DNA of 64,000 nucleotides from Pseudomonadales bacterium (GCA_046290215.1 JBKAGC010000001.1:2936-66935), one strand, 5' to 3'; positions 35,693 to 44,919 are shown, counted from the stretch's first letter. Notes: generated by a model from the sequence alone, not told the origin. Numbers and translations: made by a program.

Positions 35693-36564
35693 TACCTGCT
35701 CACCTCCGCCAATTGAAGCTGTTCAATAGAACCGTGAACCCGCGCGAGTTTCTGGGCGTATTCCGGGTCCGTGGCGTACCCTGCCTGTTGTAAGGCGGTG
35801 CCGAATTTTTCTATAGACGCCGCATGGTTTGCGCCTTGATAACGAGGCTCTTGTAATAAGCGGCCATAGTCTTGCAGCGCATGCTCGTAGCTGTCATACA
35901 TTTTAAAAGCGCTTTTCACCGGCTTAGCTATGCCGCCCTGCACTTCCATGGAGTCGATCACGAGGGAACGACCTGACCAGGCCTGCTCTGAGCGAGCCTT
36001 AATACCAAACAGGTTATGGCTGTTACTGCCATCGCCATCAAACATCACATGTTGACCCCAGCCAGTTTCCAAAGCCGCCTGGGCAACAATGTATTCCGCT
36101 GGCACGCCGAGCTTCTTGGCAATGGTTTGCGCGGCGGGTTCAATGGTGTCAACAAAGTGGTGCTGGGAAGCAAACGCCGCTCGACGTTCACCGGGAAACA
36201 ACTTGTCATCACTGGCGGTCATCTTAAGATCATAACCGCGATCCGTGTTGGTATTGGAAAGCTGCTTCACCAGCAAATCAGCAATACCCAAACTGCCGTG
36301 CTTACTCATGCTGACACTGAGTTTTTCATCCAGCATGTCTTCGTACATTTTGCTCTCGAACGAGTTGAGGTAGTTACCTTCGCTTAAGACCCGGTTGGCC
36401 GAGCGCATGCTCTTTAGCATCATGTTCATAAACAGTGACTCGAACTCTTCAGCCACCGCCTGGATTGCTTCTGGGGAATTAGTATTGGCACTGCTCATTG
36501 TCATGCCGCCTTGGCGGGCAAGGTCATGACTGAGTTGTACCTGACTTTGAATCGCGTAACTCAT
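35692..36564 (-). CDS. flgJ: flagellar rod assembly protein / peptidoglycan hydrolase FlgJ
   Basis: 290 aa. The N-terminal rod-binding region is AEEFESLFMNMMLKSMR. The C-terminal glucosaminidase motifs are AALETGWG and LFGIKA. The start overlaps the flgI stop (TAATG). Confidence 0.85.
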   Translation of the reverse strand: MSYAIQSQVQLSHDLARQGGMTMSSANTNSPEAIQAVAEEFESLFMNMMLKSMRSANRVLSEGNYLNSFESKMYEDMLDEKLSVSMSKHGSLGIADLLVKQLSNTNTDRGYDLKMTASDDKLFPGERRAAFASQHHFVDTIEPAAQTIAKKLGVPAEYIVAQAALETGWGQHVMFDGDGSNSHNLFGIKARSEQAWSGRSLVIDSMEVQGGIAKPVKSAFKMYDSYEHALQDYGRLLQEPRYQGANHAASIEKFGTALQQAGYATDPEYAQKLARVHGSIEQLQLAEVSR

Positions 36565-37688
36565 TAGATAACGACCAGCTCAGCTTTCAGTGCACCGGCT
36601 TGTTTTAAACCTTCCAGAATCGCCATAAGGTCACCGGGCGCTGCGCCTACCTGATTCACAGCGCCGACGATTTCATCCAACGACACGCCAGGGCTGAAAT
36701 TAAACATGCGGTTACTTTCTTCAACGATGTCCACTTCCGATTGCGGCACCACGACGGTTTCACCCTCACCCAGAGCATTAGGTTGGCTAACACCAGTGGC
36801 CTCTGAAATCGTGACCGTTAAACTACCGTGCGTGACCGCTGCTGGCGTGACCTCAACGTGTTGACCAATAATGATGGTGCCAGTGCGTGAGTTAATGATG
36901 ACCTTGGCTGGCGCTTCACCCGCTTCAATTTCCAGATTCTCTAATACAGAAAGATAAGACACACGCTCGTTTGCACTGAGCGGCGCACTGACCCGAACCG
37001 CGCCGCCATCAATGGCGTAAGCTACATCTGGACCAAGCAGTTCATTAATCAGATCAGAAATACGTTTTGCCGTGGTGAAGTCTGGCTGGTGCAAATTAAA
37101 AGTTAAGTCTCCTTGCATAAAGCCAGAAGGCGGCTCGCGCTCCACAGTTGCGCCGTTAGGAATGCGACCAACGCTTGGCACATTTACGGTAATGGAAGAA
37201 CCATCTGCACCTTCAGCACCAAAACCGCCTACCACCAGATTGCCCTGGGCAATGGCGTACACCTTGCCGTCGATACCCTTTAGGGGCGTGATCAAAAGCG
37301 AACCACCACGCAAGCTTTTGGCATTACCAATGGATGACACCGTGATGTCGATGGTTTGCCCGGTTTTACTAAAGGGCGGAAGATCAGCATGGATCGCGAC
37401 CGCGGCAACGTTCTTGAGCTGCGGTGTAATACCTGGGGGCGGCGTGATACCAAAACGCTTCATCATGTTATTGAAGGTTTGGATCGTAAATGGCGTCTGG
37501 GTAGTCTGGTCGCCGCTGCCGTCAAGACCCACAACAAGACCATAACCCACCAGTTGATTGCTGCGCACACCAGCAATACTGGCCAGATCTTTAAGCCGCT
37601 GCGCCTCGGCATAAGGTGCCACGAGCAGCCATGCCAACATGATGACGAAGACTTTATTCATAATTTCTTTTGCATTGATAGCGCGCAT
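36564..37688 (-). CDS. flgI: flagellar P-ring protein FlgI (start uncertain: 37688 or 37661)
   Basis: The signal peptide is ...[20 protein letters not shown] and the mature region is conserved ([25 protein letters not shown]). The track start at 37715 overlaps flgH. Confidence 0.9.
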   Translation of the reverse strand: MRAINAKEIMNKVFVIMLAWLLVAPYAEAQRLKDLASIAGVRSNQLVGYGLVVGLDGSGDQTTQTPFTIQTFNNMMKRFGITPPPGITPQLKNVAAVAIHADLPPFSKTGQTIDITVSSIGNAKSLRGGSLLITPLKGIDGKVYAIAQGNLVVGGFGAEGADGSSITVNVPSVGRIPNGATVEREPPSGFMQGDLTFNLHQPDFTTAKRISDLINELLGPDVAYAIDGGAVRVSAPLSANERVSYLSVLENLEIEAGEAPAKVIINSRTGTIIIGQHVEVTPAAVTHGSLTVTISEATGVSQPNALGEGETVVVPQSEVDIVEESNRMFNFSPGVSLDEIVGAVNQVGAAPGDLMAILEGLKQAGALKAELVVI

Positions 37689-37704
37689 TCCGTTGCACCT
37701 GTGC

Positions 37705-38385
37705 CTAGTAACCAAGAAGGGGGCTGATAAAGAATCGCGACAGCCAGCCCATACGATTGCTGTCGTTCAACGTGCCCTTGCCGCCATAACTAATGCGGGC
37801 ATTGGCGATGCGCGTGGATTGCACCGTATTGTTGGAACTCACATCCACCGGCCGAACCATACCGCTAATGCGGATAAACTCATCACCCTGATTCAAACGC
37901 ATCCACTTTTCACCCCGCACCACAAAGCTACCGTTAGGTAGAACCTCAGTTATGGTTACCGCAATGCTGCCGCTTAAGCTATTGCTTTGATCGCTATTGC
38001 CAGTACCACTAAATTCCGTTTCGTTATTCACGCCGGTCAACACCAGGTTATTGGCGGGCGGCACGCTTAAACGCTTACCAAAGATGGTGGGCTCGCCCAT
38101 ATCTGTGGAACTATCTTTGCTCACCGAGGTTGAGGCCGACTTCGATGAACTGGTCTGCTCGTTTAACTGCACGGTAATGATGTCACCCACACGCCGCGCC
38201 ACCGCATCGTCATACAAGGATGTGTAGCCGCTGGTGGCAAACAAACTGCCACTAGTTTGCGGTGCCGGGGACGCCGCCACCGGGTATTTTGGCGCGAAGA
38301 ATGGATCATTTTGCATAGGCTGCTGCACGGTCTCGCAGCCGGCAGCGCCGAAACACGCGATGATGAGCAAAATACAACGATTCAT
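37705..38385 (-). CDS. flgH: flagellar L-ring lipoprotein FlgH
   Basis: 226 aa. The lipobox is IACFGAAGC and the core is FlgH-like (...VGDIITVQL...). Confidence 0.9.
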   Translation of the reverse strand: MNRCILLIIACFGAAGCETVQQPMQNDPFFAPKYPVAASPAPQTSGSLFATSGYTSLYDDAVARRVGDIITVQLNEQTSSSKSASTSVSKDSSTDMGEPTIFGKRLSVPPANNLVLTGVNNETEFSGTGNSDQSNSLSGSIAVTITEVLPNGSFVVRGEKWMRLNQGDEFIRISGMVRPVDVSSNNTVQSTRIANARISYGGKGTLNDSNRMGWLSRFFISPLLGY

Positions 38386-38565
38386 AAGCCTACCTCTCCA
38401 GTTGCTGCCGCCCGAACCGGCAAACCCTTGCCGGATTTAGAGTTTTTTCGGGCGAATTACTGTTACACGCTTAAGAGAGCAGGAATTGGGCCAAGTTTTT
38501 CGGCAATCGGGAAAACTGCTTACACGATCTAGAGTCCTCTGCTGACAACAGCCAGCCGCAGCCTG

Positions 38566-38581
38566 GGCAAAACTCAGGCCA
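38566..38581 (-). promoter_or_regulatory. sigma54 promoter candidate for flgH-flgL
   Basis: The minus strand reads TGGCCTgagttTTGCC, which fits GG-N10-GC. It lies about 180 nt upstream of the flgH ATG. Confidence 0.45.
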
Positions 38582-38663
38582 TGTGAATCCCGGAGACCCA
38601 GGAATCACAACACACCGCTCGCGGTTGAGTGAGCACTAACTTAAAGTAAGCAGGAGTATGACT

Positions 38664-38825
38664 ATGCGTGAATTGAAAGCAAAAGAAATGGAACAGGTTA
38701 GTGGTGGTTCCCTATCGAACTGGACACTCTATATGCGAGTTGTCCCTTCATTTTCCAGAACCTACTTTAAAGGCGACAACGGCACCACCGGCCGCTTCTT
38801 CGGTTACCAGGCCACCCTACGCTAG
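38664..38825 (+). CDS. small secreted-peptide precursor with a double-glycine (bacteriocin/microcin-type) leader
   Basis: Not in the ORF track because it is under 60 aa. AGGAG lies 7 nt upstream of the ATG at 38664. The product is MRELKAKEMEQVSGG|SLSNWTLYMRVVPSFSRTYFKGDNGTTGRFFGYQATLR. The leader matches the colicin V-type consensus: hydrophobic at -4/-7/-12, E at -8, GG at -2/-1. Confidence 0.6.
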   Translation: MRELKAKEMEQVSGGSLSNWTLYMRVVPSFSRTYFKGDNGTTGRFFGYQATLR

Positions 38826-38846
38826 CCGACAGCAGGATCATTTGGC

Positions 38847-38880
38847 GATCATTGGGGACAGGACCAGGTGCCAGGTCGGA
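38847..38880 (+). repeat. REP-like element copy
   Basis: gatcattggggacaggaccaggtgccaggtcgga, the same element as at 40514, 40748(rc), 44289(rc) and 17114. Confidence 0.85.
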
Positions 38881-38964
38881 TTTGGTTTCTGTCACCAATT
38901 ATAGCTGGCATATATAGCGTGAAAAAAGGAAGCTTCATAGCTTAGATCTTGTTGTGGGAGAGTC

Positions 38965-39246
38965 ATGTTCTCAAGAAAATGCCCTTCTTGTTCGCAAGCG
39001 ATACCGTTTAAACACATCGCGCAATATTTAGAGCAAGAAGCACTACAGTGCCCGTATTGCTTGCAACACCTGAAGATCAAAACACTCGATTCGATCGTTA
39101 ATAGTTTGTTGATTGGGGCACTCGCAGGCATTATCGGCGCCGCACTGGAATTACCCCTGGGCTGGATCGTAACAATCGGGGCCATTTCAGCAGTCTTCTT
39201 TCAGAAATATCTTGATGTGTTCTTTTCGCTTACGCTGGATGAGTGA
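38965..39246 (+). CDS. small membrane protein with an N-terminal zinc-ribbon (CPSC...CPYC) and two TM helices
   Basis: 93 aa. Two CxxC pairs lie 19 residues apart, followed by hydrophobic segments LLIGALAGIIGAALELPLGWIVTIGAISAVFF. Confidence 0.55.
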   Translation: MFSRKCPSCSQAIPFKHIAQYLEQEALQCPYCLQHLKIKTLDSIVNSLLIGALAGIIGAALELPLGWIVTIGAISAVFFQKYLDVFFSLTLDE

Positions 39247-39358
39247 TGGTTTGGGAGCAGAGTAAAAGATCAAATCAGTTTGTCAGTTCTTGTCAGCAGA
39301 CTCTGCTGCCCAGTACTCTTCATTACATGTAAACACTCAGCCGATAAAGATACTCACC

Positions 39359-40504
39359 ATGCCTCATCACGCAAACTGGAGCTACCCTACCACCATAAAG
39401 TTTGGTGCGGGCCGTATCCAAGAACTGGCCGAATCCTGCGATGCCCTCGGTATCAAAAGACCGCTATTTGTCACCGATAAAGGTGTGGCAGCGTTGCCGA
39501 TTACGGAGACCGCGTTGGGTGTGCTGCAAGCCGCAAACATTGAAACCGGTTTCTTCGGCGAGGTCATGCCAAACCCCGATGATGTCACGCTCGAGGTAGG
39601 CTTAAAGCAGTATCGCGACAACGGCCATGATGGCGTGATTGCTTTTGGCGGCGGTTCGGCATTGGACCTTGGCAAGATCATCGCATTTATGGCCGGGCAG
39701 ACAAGACCAGTCTGGGATTTTGAAGACATTGGCGACTACTGGCAGCGCGCCGACATTAATGGCATCGCACCCATCATTGCCGTGCCCACCACCGCCGGTA
39801 CCGGCTCAGAAGTTGGCCGTGCTGGACTGCTCACAAATACCGCGGAGCATGTGAAGAAGATCATATTCCATCCCAGGATGTTACCCGGCATTGTGATTTG
39901 CGACCCGGAGTTAACCATTGGAATGCCTCCAATTATTACTGCGGGCACAGGACTTGATGCTTTCGTGCATAGCTTTGAAGCATATTGCTCACCTAACTAT
40001 CATCCCATGTCGCAAGGCATCGCTGTAGAAGGTATGCGCCTGGTTAAAGACAACTTGCTCCGGGCTTATCAGGATGGTGCCGATGTGGAAGCCCGCGCCC
40101 ATATGATGTCGGCAGCCGCCATGGGCGCCACCGCGTTTCAAAAAGGTCTTGGTGCGGTTCACGCCCTCTCCCATCCACTTGGCGCGGTTTACAACACACC
40201 CCACGGCATGACCAACGCCATTGCCTTGCCCACAGTGATTCAGTTCAATCGGCCTGTGATTGAGGAGCGTGTGGAACGGCTGGCGGCCTACCTCCAGATT
40301 AAGGGCGGCTTTAATGGTTTCTATGACTGGGTGGTCGAGTTCTCTGAGGCGATGGCCGTGCCAAAATCCATGCAAGCATTAGGCGTTGATGACTCAAAGC
40401 TTGAACTTCTCGCAAGGATGGCCGTTGCAGACCCCAGTGCCGGAGGAAACCCCCAGCCATTGACCGAGAAAATCACCCGAAGCCTTTACGAAAAACTAAT
40501 CTGA
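39359..40504 (+). CDS. iron-containing (group III) alcohol dehydrogenase
   Basis: I prefer the ATG at 39359 (MPHHANWSYPTTIKFGAGRI...), giving 381 aa. Fe-ADH motifs are present: GGGSALDLGK, and metal-binding His residues in GAVHALSHPLG and HG. Confidence 0.85.
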   Translation: MPHHANWSYPTTIKFGAGRIQELAESCDALGIKRPLFVTDKGVAALPITETALGVLQAANIETGFFGEVMPNPDDVTLEVGLKQYRDNGHDGVIAFGGGSALDLGKIIAFMAGQTRPVWDFEDIGDYWQRADINGIAPIIAVPTTAGTGSEVGRAGLLTNTAEHVKKIIFHPRMLPGIVICDPELTIGMPPIITAGTGLDAFVHSFEAYCSPNYHPMSQGIAVEGMRLVKDNLLRAYQDGADVEARAHMMSAAAMGATAFQKGLGAVHALSHPLGAVYNTPHGMTNAIALPTVIQFNRPVIEERVERLAAYLQIKGGFNGFYDWVVEFSEAMAVPKSMQALGVDDSKLELLARMAVADPSAGGNPQPLTEKITRSLYEKLI

Positions 40505-40513
40505 TCATTGCGT

Positions 40514-40781
40514 GATCATTGGGGACAGGACCAAGTGCCAGGTCGGATTATTCACCGTATGAGCCCAGCGTATGGTGTCAAACGCTGAAAAGATGACCAC
40601 CACCACGATCAGAGGCGCCTTGTTCGTGCCGTACTGGCTTTAATCCCGCCACAGGCAAGTCGATCACCCGCAAAAAGGGCGTAAATCCACAGGGTTTCGA
40701 TAGTCTGAGAGGACTTCCTGCTGTCTGACGGTGTGATGCTAAGCGAATTGGACCTGGCACTTGGTCCTGACCCCAATGATC
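40514..40781. mobile_element. MITE-like unit: two REP copies in inverted orientation flanking ~200 bp
   Basis: The left end is gatcattggggacaggaccaagtgccaggtcgga (40514-40547). The right end, reverse-complemented, is gatcattggggtcaggaccaagtgccaggtccaa (40748-40781). No credible ORF lies inside. Confidence 0.55.
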
Positions 40782-40795
40782 TTGGAAGAAGGGAT

Positions 40796-41911
40796 TCAGG
40801 GCGCTAGTGTGTTCTTCGCACTGGCAAACTCATTTAGGTGAAGTGCAGCCCGCAGGTCTTCTGATGGTTGCAGTGAGCGATCATCCACAGGGATCCCTAT
40901 GGCATCAGCAATGCGAACCATGCGTTGAAAATTCGCAGCCACACTTACTGCGTCAACGACGGTTGCGCCATCTGCTGCGGCTTCAAGTTTTGATCTGGTC
41001 TCAGCCAATGCTTCGTAGTCTCGGCCGGCTAAACCCTCCGCAAGCGCAACTAGCAACTCGCCATGTTCAATACCAATGTCTGCGCTATCAACATCGCCTA
41101 TTACTCCATTGAGATTCACGTCCGTCCCGGTAGTTTGCGCGCTCGCACGGAGCATCGAAGCGTGTGCGGTGGTTCAGTAAAAGCATTCGTTATAAGAAGA
41201 AACCCGCCCGGCAACTAACTCCATCTGCATCCGGTTGATGCTGCGGTTTTCCTCTTTCACGAAATTCCCCATGCCGGCGATGGATAGGTATTGCGCACTA
41301 GAAATTTGCAGCCAATCACGTAAAGCCTGGGGTACCAGAGTGAGTGCACGCAAGACATTCGCTGTGGCGCCGTTTTGCCATAGATCCGCTTCATTGCCTA
41401 CCGCACCCTCCGGTGGAATCGTCGGCACAAACCCCATGTCTTCAACTAACATCGCCGGTCGATAGCCATCAGGCTCACCGGGCAATGGCTCTGGCAGCGG
41501 CTCTAGTGGGATGCCAAGACCACGATGAAACTCATCGATACTGAACGTCGCAACCACAATACCAACCAGTTCGACATACCGCTCCTTGCTAAAACCAGCT
41601 TCGGCATTACTCTCTACCCATTGCCGGGTAATGCGATTTTGATCTGTGATGATGCGATGGACTGCATCCACGGCACGCGCCGACAAGTCCACCGAACTTA
41701 AATGCTCGCCACTGAAATTGTACGGTGACAACGCTTGCTTGCGTGCTTTGCAGTATTCGCAATCCAGCGCTTCCCGGCTAGCCTCAGCAATGGCGACTCG
41801 CTCTGCGCCACTCCACCAGTTCCCGGGTTTTGCTAAACGCTGCCAGAAATCTCGGTAGGCAATTTTAATGTCTTGTCGAATTGGCAGATGAGTGTCAGCG
41901 AAATCAAACAT
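40796..41911 (-). CDS. AhpD/carboxymuconolactone-decarboxylase-family protein with an in-frame TGA (41174-41176): selenocysteine candidate or nonsense pseudogene
   Basis: The two track ORFs (41174..41911 and 40796..41155) are in the same frame, separated only by the TGA. The junction reads ELVAGRVSSYNECFY[TGA]TTAH, i.e. CxxXxxxH with the stop at the second Cys position of the AhpD signature. Confidence 0.6.
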
Positions 41912-42026
41912 GGGCAGCCTCTGTTTTTGTTATTGCGCCATTGAACTCAGAATATCTGTATGCGTACGAGAAGTGCAAGGCATCCTTGCTAGCGCATCAG
42001 CGACAGCGGACAAACACCAAACCATT

Positions 42027-42392
42027 TCAAGAAGCAGCTTGTTTCGTCACGAGGTGAACGATGTTACCAGGACTTTTAATCCAAAAGCCCGGATATCCGT
42101 CCGGCAGTGGCTCAATCTCGTCACAGCGAGTCACGTTTAGCGCTTCCAATTCTGCAGCTGCCTGGTCGAGTGGATCGCGACAGTTGACCTCCAACCAAAT
42201 CTCGGCCTGGCTAATTGTGCTGACGCAATCAATCCACAGCACCTTACCTCCAAAATCAAATCGGCAGTCCGACTCGCCCTCGGGTGTAAGATCTCTGAAA
42301 CCTAGAGTTTCTCGATAAAACTTAATCGTTGCCTCGTACTCATGGGTCGGGACTTTCATGGCGATATTTTTGCCTGGGGTAAAATTACTCAT
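42027..42392 (-). CDS. VOC/glyoxalase-family protein
   Basis: 121 aa. The pattern ATIKFYRETLGF and the size fit the VOC fold. Confidence 0.6.
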   Translation of the reverse strand: MSNFTPGKNIAMKVPTHEYEATIKFYRETLGFRDLTPEGESDCRFDFGGKVLWIDCVSTISQAEIWLEVNCRDPLDQAAAELEALNVTRCDEIEPLPDGYPGFWIKSPGNIVHLVTKQAAS

Positions 42393-42486
42393 CGACTACT
42401 CCAATGGGTTGAGGGACTCATTCAATATAACTCTTGAGTACGTGATTCGGTTTGAAAGGTTTCTTTAGTCCATCAACCTGTCTTTG

Positions 42487-43182
42487 TTACCACGGATCCA
42501 TCTCTCGGTAGGCAAAATCACAATCTTCAAAGTCCCTATATCCCTCAATTCCGGATAACTTGATGCCATCGATTTTCGCGTAGTCAGAATTCTCGGTGAA
42601 TCTAGTCACTTCAAAACTAAAGTCACTGCCGCTTGCAGAGAGCACGATTGTTTGTTGATCCTGACGCCAGACACCTTGTAAGTGTCTGATCGTTTCAGAG
42701 TTAGTGGTTTCATCCCAGGAAACAAACTCAACGAGAAACGTAAGATCCCCTCGCAGCAACAAGAAAGCATCCACATCCGGGCATTCACCAAACATTTCGA
42801 TACCAACCAGGGGTAAGGATCTCGCCGCGCCCTCCACGTAAGCATTTGGGTACAAGCCAACATTTTCTGCTGTATAAAAATGATTGCTCCTCGATATCGG
42901 CTCTAAATTCAAGAAGAGATCATGGCTAGCTAACAACTCTCTTAAGTCCTCAACTTTTCGCAACTGCCGATGGTCTGGGGAATAAACGATGGTGGGTGAT
43001 CTAATACCCTCTGGTATCGGCAAGGAGTTTCTTACGACCTCAAAACCACCACCGGCCAATACACTTTCAATTCTAAGAAGCTCGTCATCGCTCATGCCGT
43101 CGGTAAAAAGGTGAACCCTGGTGCTCGTACAGGAGACGAAGAGCATTAGTACCGACATGAGCAGAAAAACTCTGACGTACAT
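42487..43182 (-). CDS. hypothetical lipoprotein
   Basis: I prefer the ATG at 43182 (MYVRVFLLMSVLMLFVSCTST), which has a lipobox-like LFVSC. I recognise no family. GC is locally lower (44 of 100 nt counted at 42487-42586). Confidence 0.5.
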   Translation of the reverse strand: MYVRVFLLMSVLMLFVSCTSTRVHLFTDGMSDDELLRIESVLAGGGFEVVRNSLPIPEGIRSPTIVYSPDHRQLRKVEDLRELLASHDLFLNLEPISRSNHFYTAENVGLYPNAYVEGAARSLPLVGIEMFGECPDVDAFLLLRGDLTFLVEFVSWDETTNSETIRHLQGVWRQDQQTIVLSASGSDFSFEVTRFTENSDYAKIDGIKLSGIEGYRDFEDCDFAYREMDPW

Positions 43183-43442
43183 GTTCACTTCATATACCCT
43201 CACCAAGATTACAGAAAGAAAACACTCAATAGCTTAAGTGTAACCAGGCTTAATTCAAATCTCGCTTGAAACCTCCCACCCATCCGCATAAAGTAATCCA
43301 CAGGCAAGCCCCATGCCTCCCCCCTTCGTTACGGGAAAGCACTAAAGTGTAGGGCCGCTAGACATACAATTCTCGATCATTTTTCCAAATGGTATCGCAG
43401 AAGAAGGGAATGCACTCGCCATTATGACTTTGGAGATGTGAT

Positions 43443-44249
43443 ATGAAATTGTCTGCCCCTATCCACGAACTGCGCAGTCAAGCCAAGCAACTAAAACGTG
43501 AACAACAAATCAGCTTAACCGCCGCCCAGAACAAAGTGGCGGAACGGGAAGGTTTTGTTTCGTGGTCGCAACTTGTCTCGGCGCAAAAAAATGCTTTACC
43601 CAACTCACTTGATGAACTTAGCGGCTACCTAAACCCAGGGGATCTAGTATTGCTGGGCGCGAGGCCGAGACTCGGTAAGGTCAGGATTGCTGCGCGTTTG
43701 ATTGCGGATGCAGCAATCGGCGACGCGCCTCGGAGCTACCTATTTACACTTGCCGAACGGGCCATCACGATACGCGAAAAGATCGAACCATTGCTAAGGA
43801 GCCCCGATCAACTCGATCGAAACCTCACAGTGGACAGCTCAGAAAACATCTGTGCGGACTGGATAATCAAAAACCTCAATGGACAAAATATTCGGGGCTC
43901 ACTAGTAGTTGTAGACTATTTACAAGCCCTGGATGAAAGGCGAGTGAATCCGCCGCTGCAACAACAACTGGAATCACTCAAAAGTTTCGCCAAGGACTCG
44001 CAGTGCATTCTCTTGTTTATCGCTCAACTGAAAAGAGAGGTGGACGAGCGGCCAAATACTCCGCCACAGAGCCGCGACGTTCGCCTACCCAACCCTGCGG
44101 ACCTGCAGCTACTCAACAAACATTTGTTCTTGTATGAGGAATCGACTGATGAATACTCGAACACTGCTGACATCAAACTCCGCATCAGCAACCCCATTGA
44201 ACATGAATTTACATTGAGTCCAGCAGATCTGGGTTTGAGTCTGCAATAG
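43443..44249 (+). CDS. DnaB-helicase C-terminal-like (RecA-fold) protein with a degenerate Walker A
   Basis: 268 aa. LLGARPRLGKV compares with DnaB GARPSMGKT, VVVDYLQAL with DYLQLM, and SRDVRLPNPADL with the SDLRESG region. There is no N-terminal DnaB domain. Confidence 0.5.
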   Translation: MKLSAPIHELRSQAKQLKREQQISLTAAQNKVAEREGFVSWSQLVSAQKNALPNSLDELSGYLNPGDLVLLGARPRLGKVRIAARLIADAAIGDAPRSYLFTLAERAITIREKIEPLLRSPDQLDRNLTVDSSENICADWIIKNLNGQNIRGSLVVVDYLQALDERRVNPPLQQQLESLKSFAKDSQCILLFIAQLKREVDERPNTPPQSRDVRLPNPADLQLLNKHLFLYEESTDEYSNTADIKLRISNPIEHEFTLSPADLGLSLQ

Positions 44250-44288
44250 TTGGGGGCATTCTGCTGCCCCCAAACTCACAGAGAAGTA

Positions 44289-44315
44289 TCGGACCTGGCA
44301 CTTGGTCCTGACCCC
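44289..44315 (-). repeat. REP-like element copy (reverse orientation)
   Basis: tcggacctggcacttggtcctgacccc. Confidence 0.8.
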
Positions 44316-44322
44316 GGGTTAG

Positions 44323-44919
44323 TTAATGCCAACTCTCATCATGGCTAGCCCGGTAAGCAGGCCGATCCTTTAACCGTCGCACATACGCGGTAACTTTTGG
44401 CGTGGGCTCTGGCAACCAGCCAAACTGGCAGGCAAAATCCAGGGTACCACCATAGACCACATCGGCAGCGGTGAAGGTTTCCCCCATGGCCCAGTGTTGC
44501 TCTGGAGTCATTGTCTCAATCGTCGCCAGGCAACGCTCAAGATCACCCCAACCGGCGGATTCAGGTGAATACTCAGCACCCGCCATCTGGTTAACCGTGA
44601 ACATGGGCTCAAGCGTTGTGCCTGGGAAAAACATATAACGGTAGTAACGACCTCGTTCCACTGAGCTTAACGGCGGTGCCATACCTTTATCTGCAAACTT
44701 ATCGGCTAGATAAGCGCAAATTGCCGCGGTTTCAGTAATTACCACGCCATCATCTTCCAGGGTGGGAATCTTCGCCATGGGGTTAACTGTTAAGAACTCT
44801 GGCTTTTTGTTCTCACCAGCGGGGAAGTCGATAACTACCTGCTCGTGCGGAACATCTAATTCCAGGAGCATCCAGTGCGTGGTCACTGCCCGGCTCATGG
44901 GATGATAGTAATGTTTCAT
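44323..44919 (-). CDS. glutathione S-transferase family protein
   Basis: 198 aa. The N-terminal thioredoxin-like region (...NPMAKIPTLEDDGVVITETAAICAYL) and C-terminal helical domain fit a GST. Confidence 0.8.
   Translation of the reverse strand: MKHYYHPMSRAVTTHWMLLELDVPHEQVVIDFPAGENKKPEFLTVNPMAKIPTLEDDGVVITETAAICAYLADKFADKGMAPPLSSVERGRYYRYMFFPGTTLEPMFTVNQMAGAEYSPESAGWGDLERCLATIETMTPEQHWAMGETFTAADVVYGGTLDFACQFGWLPEPTPKVTAYVRRLKDRPAYRASHDESWH

Noticed and set aside
38701-38904. 67-aa track ORF (GTG start) overlapping the double-glycine peptide gene and the REP copy
   Set aside because: It has no RBS, its composition is P/A/S/T-rich, and it runs through the REP element. The alternative 53-codon frame has a strong RBS and a canonical GG leader.
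40578-40760. 60-aa minus-strand ORF inside the MITE-like unit
   Set aside because: It has no RBS, its composition is Arg/Pro/Gly-rich, and it extends into the terminal repeat. It is most likely non-coding.
40751-40770. TGGCAC inside the REP core (GGACCTGGCACTTGGTCC) as a sigma54 -24 element
   Set aside because: The required GC/TTGC element is absent at the -12 spacing (the downstream sequence is ttggtCCTG). The motif also recurs as part of a repeat in both orientations regardless of gene context.
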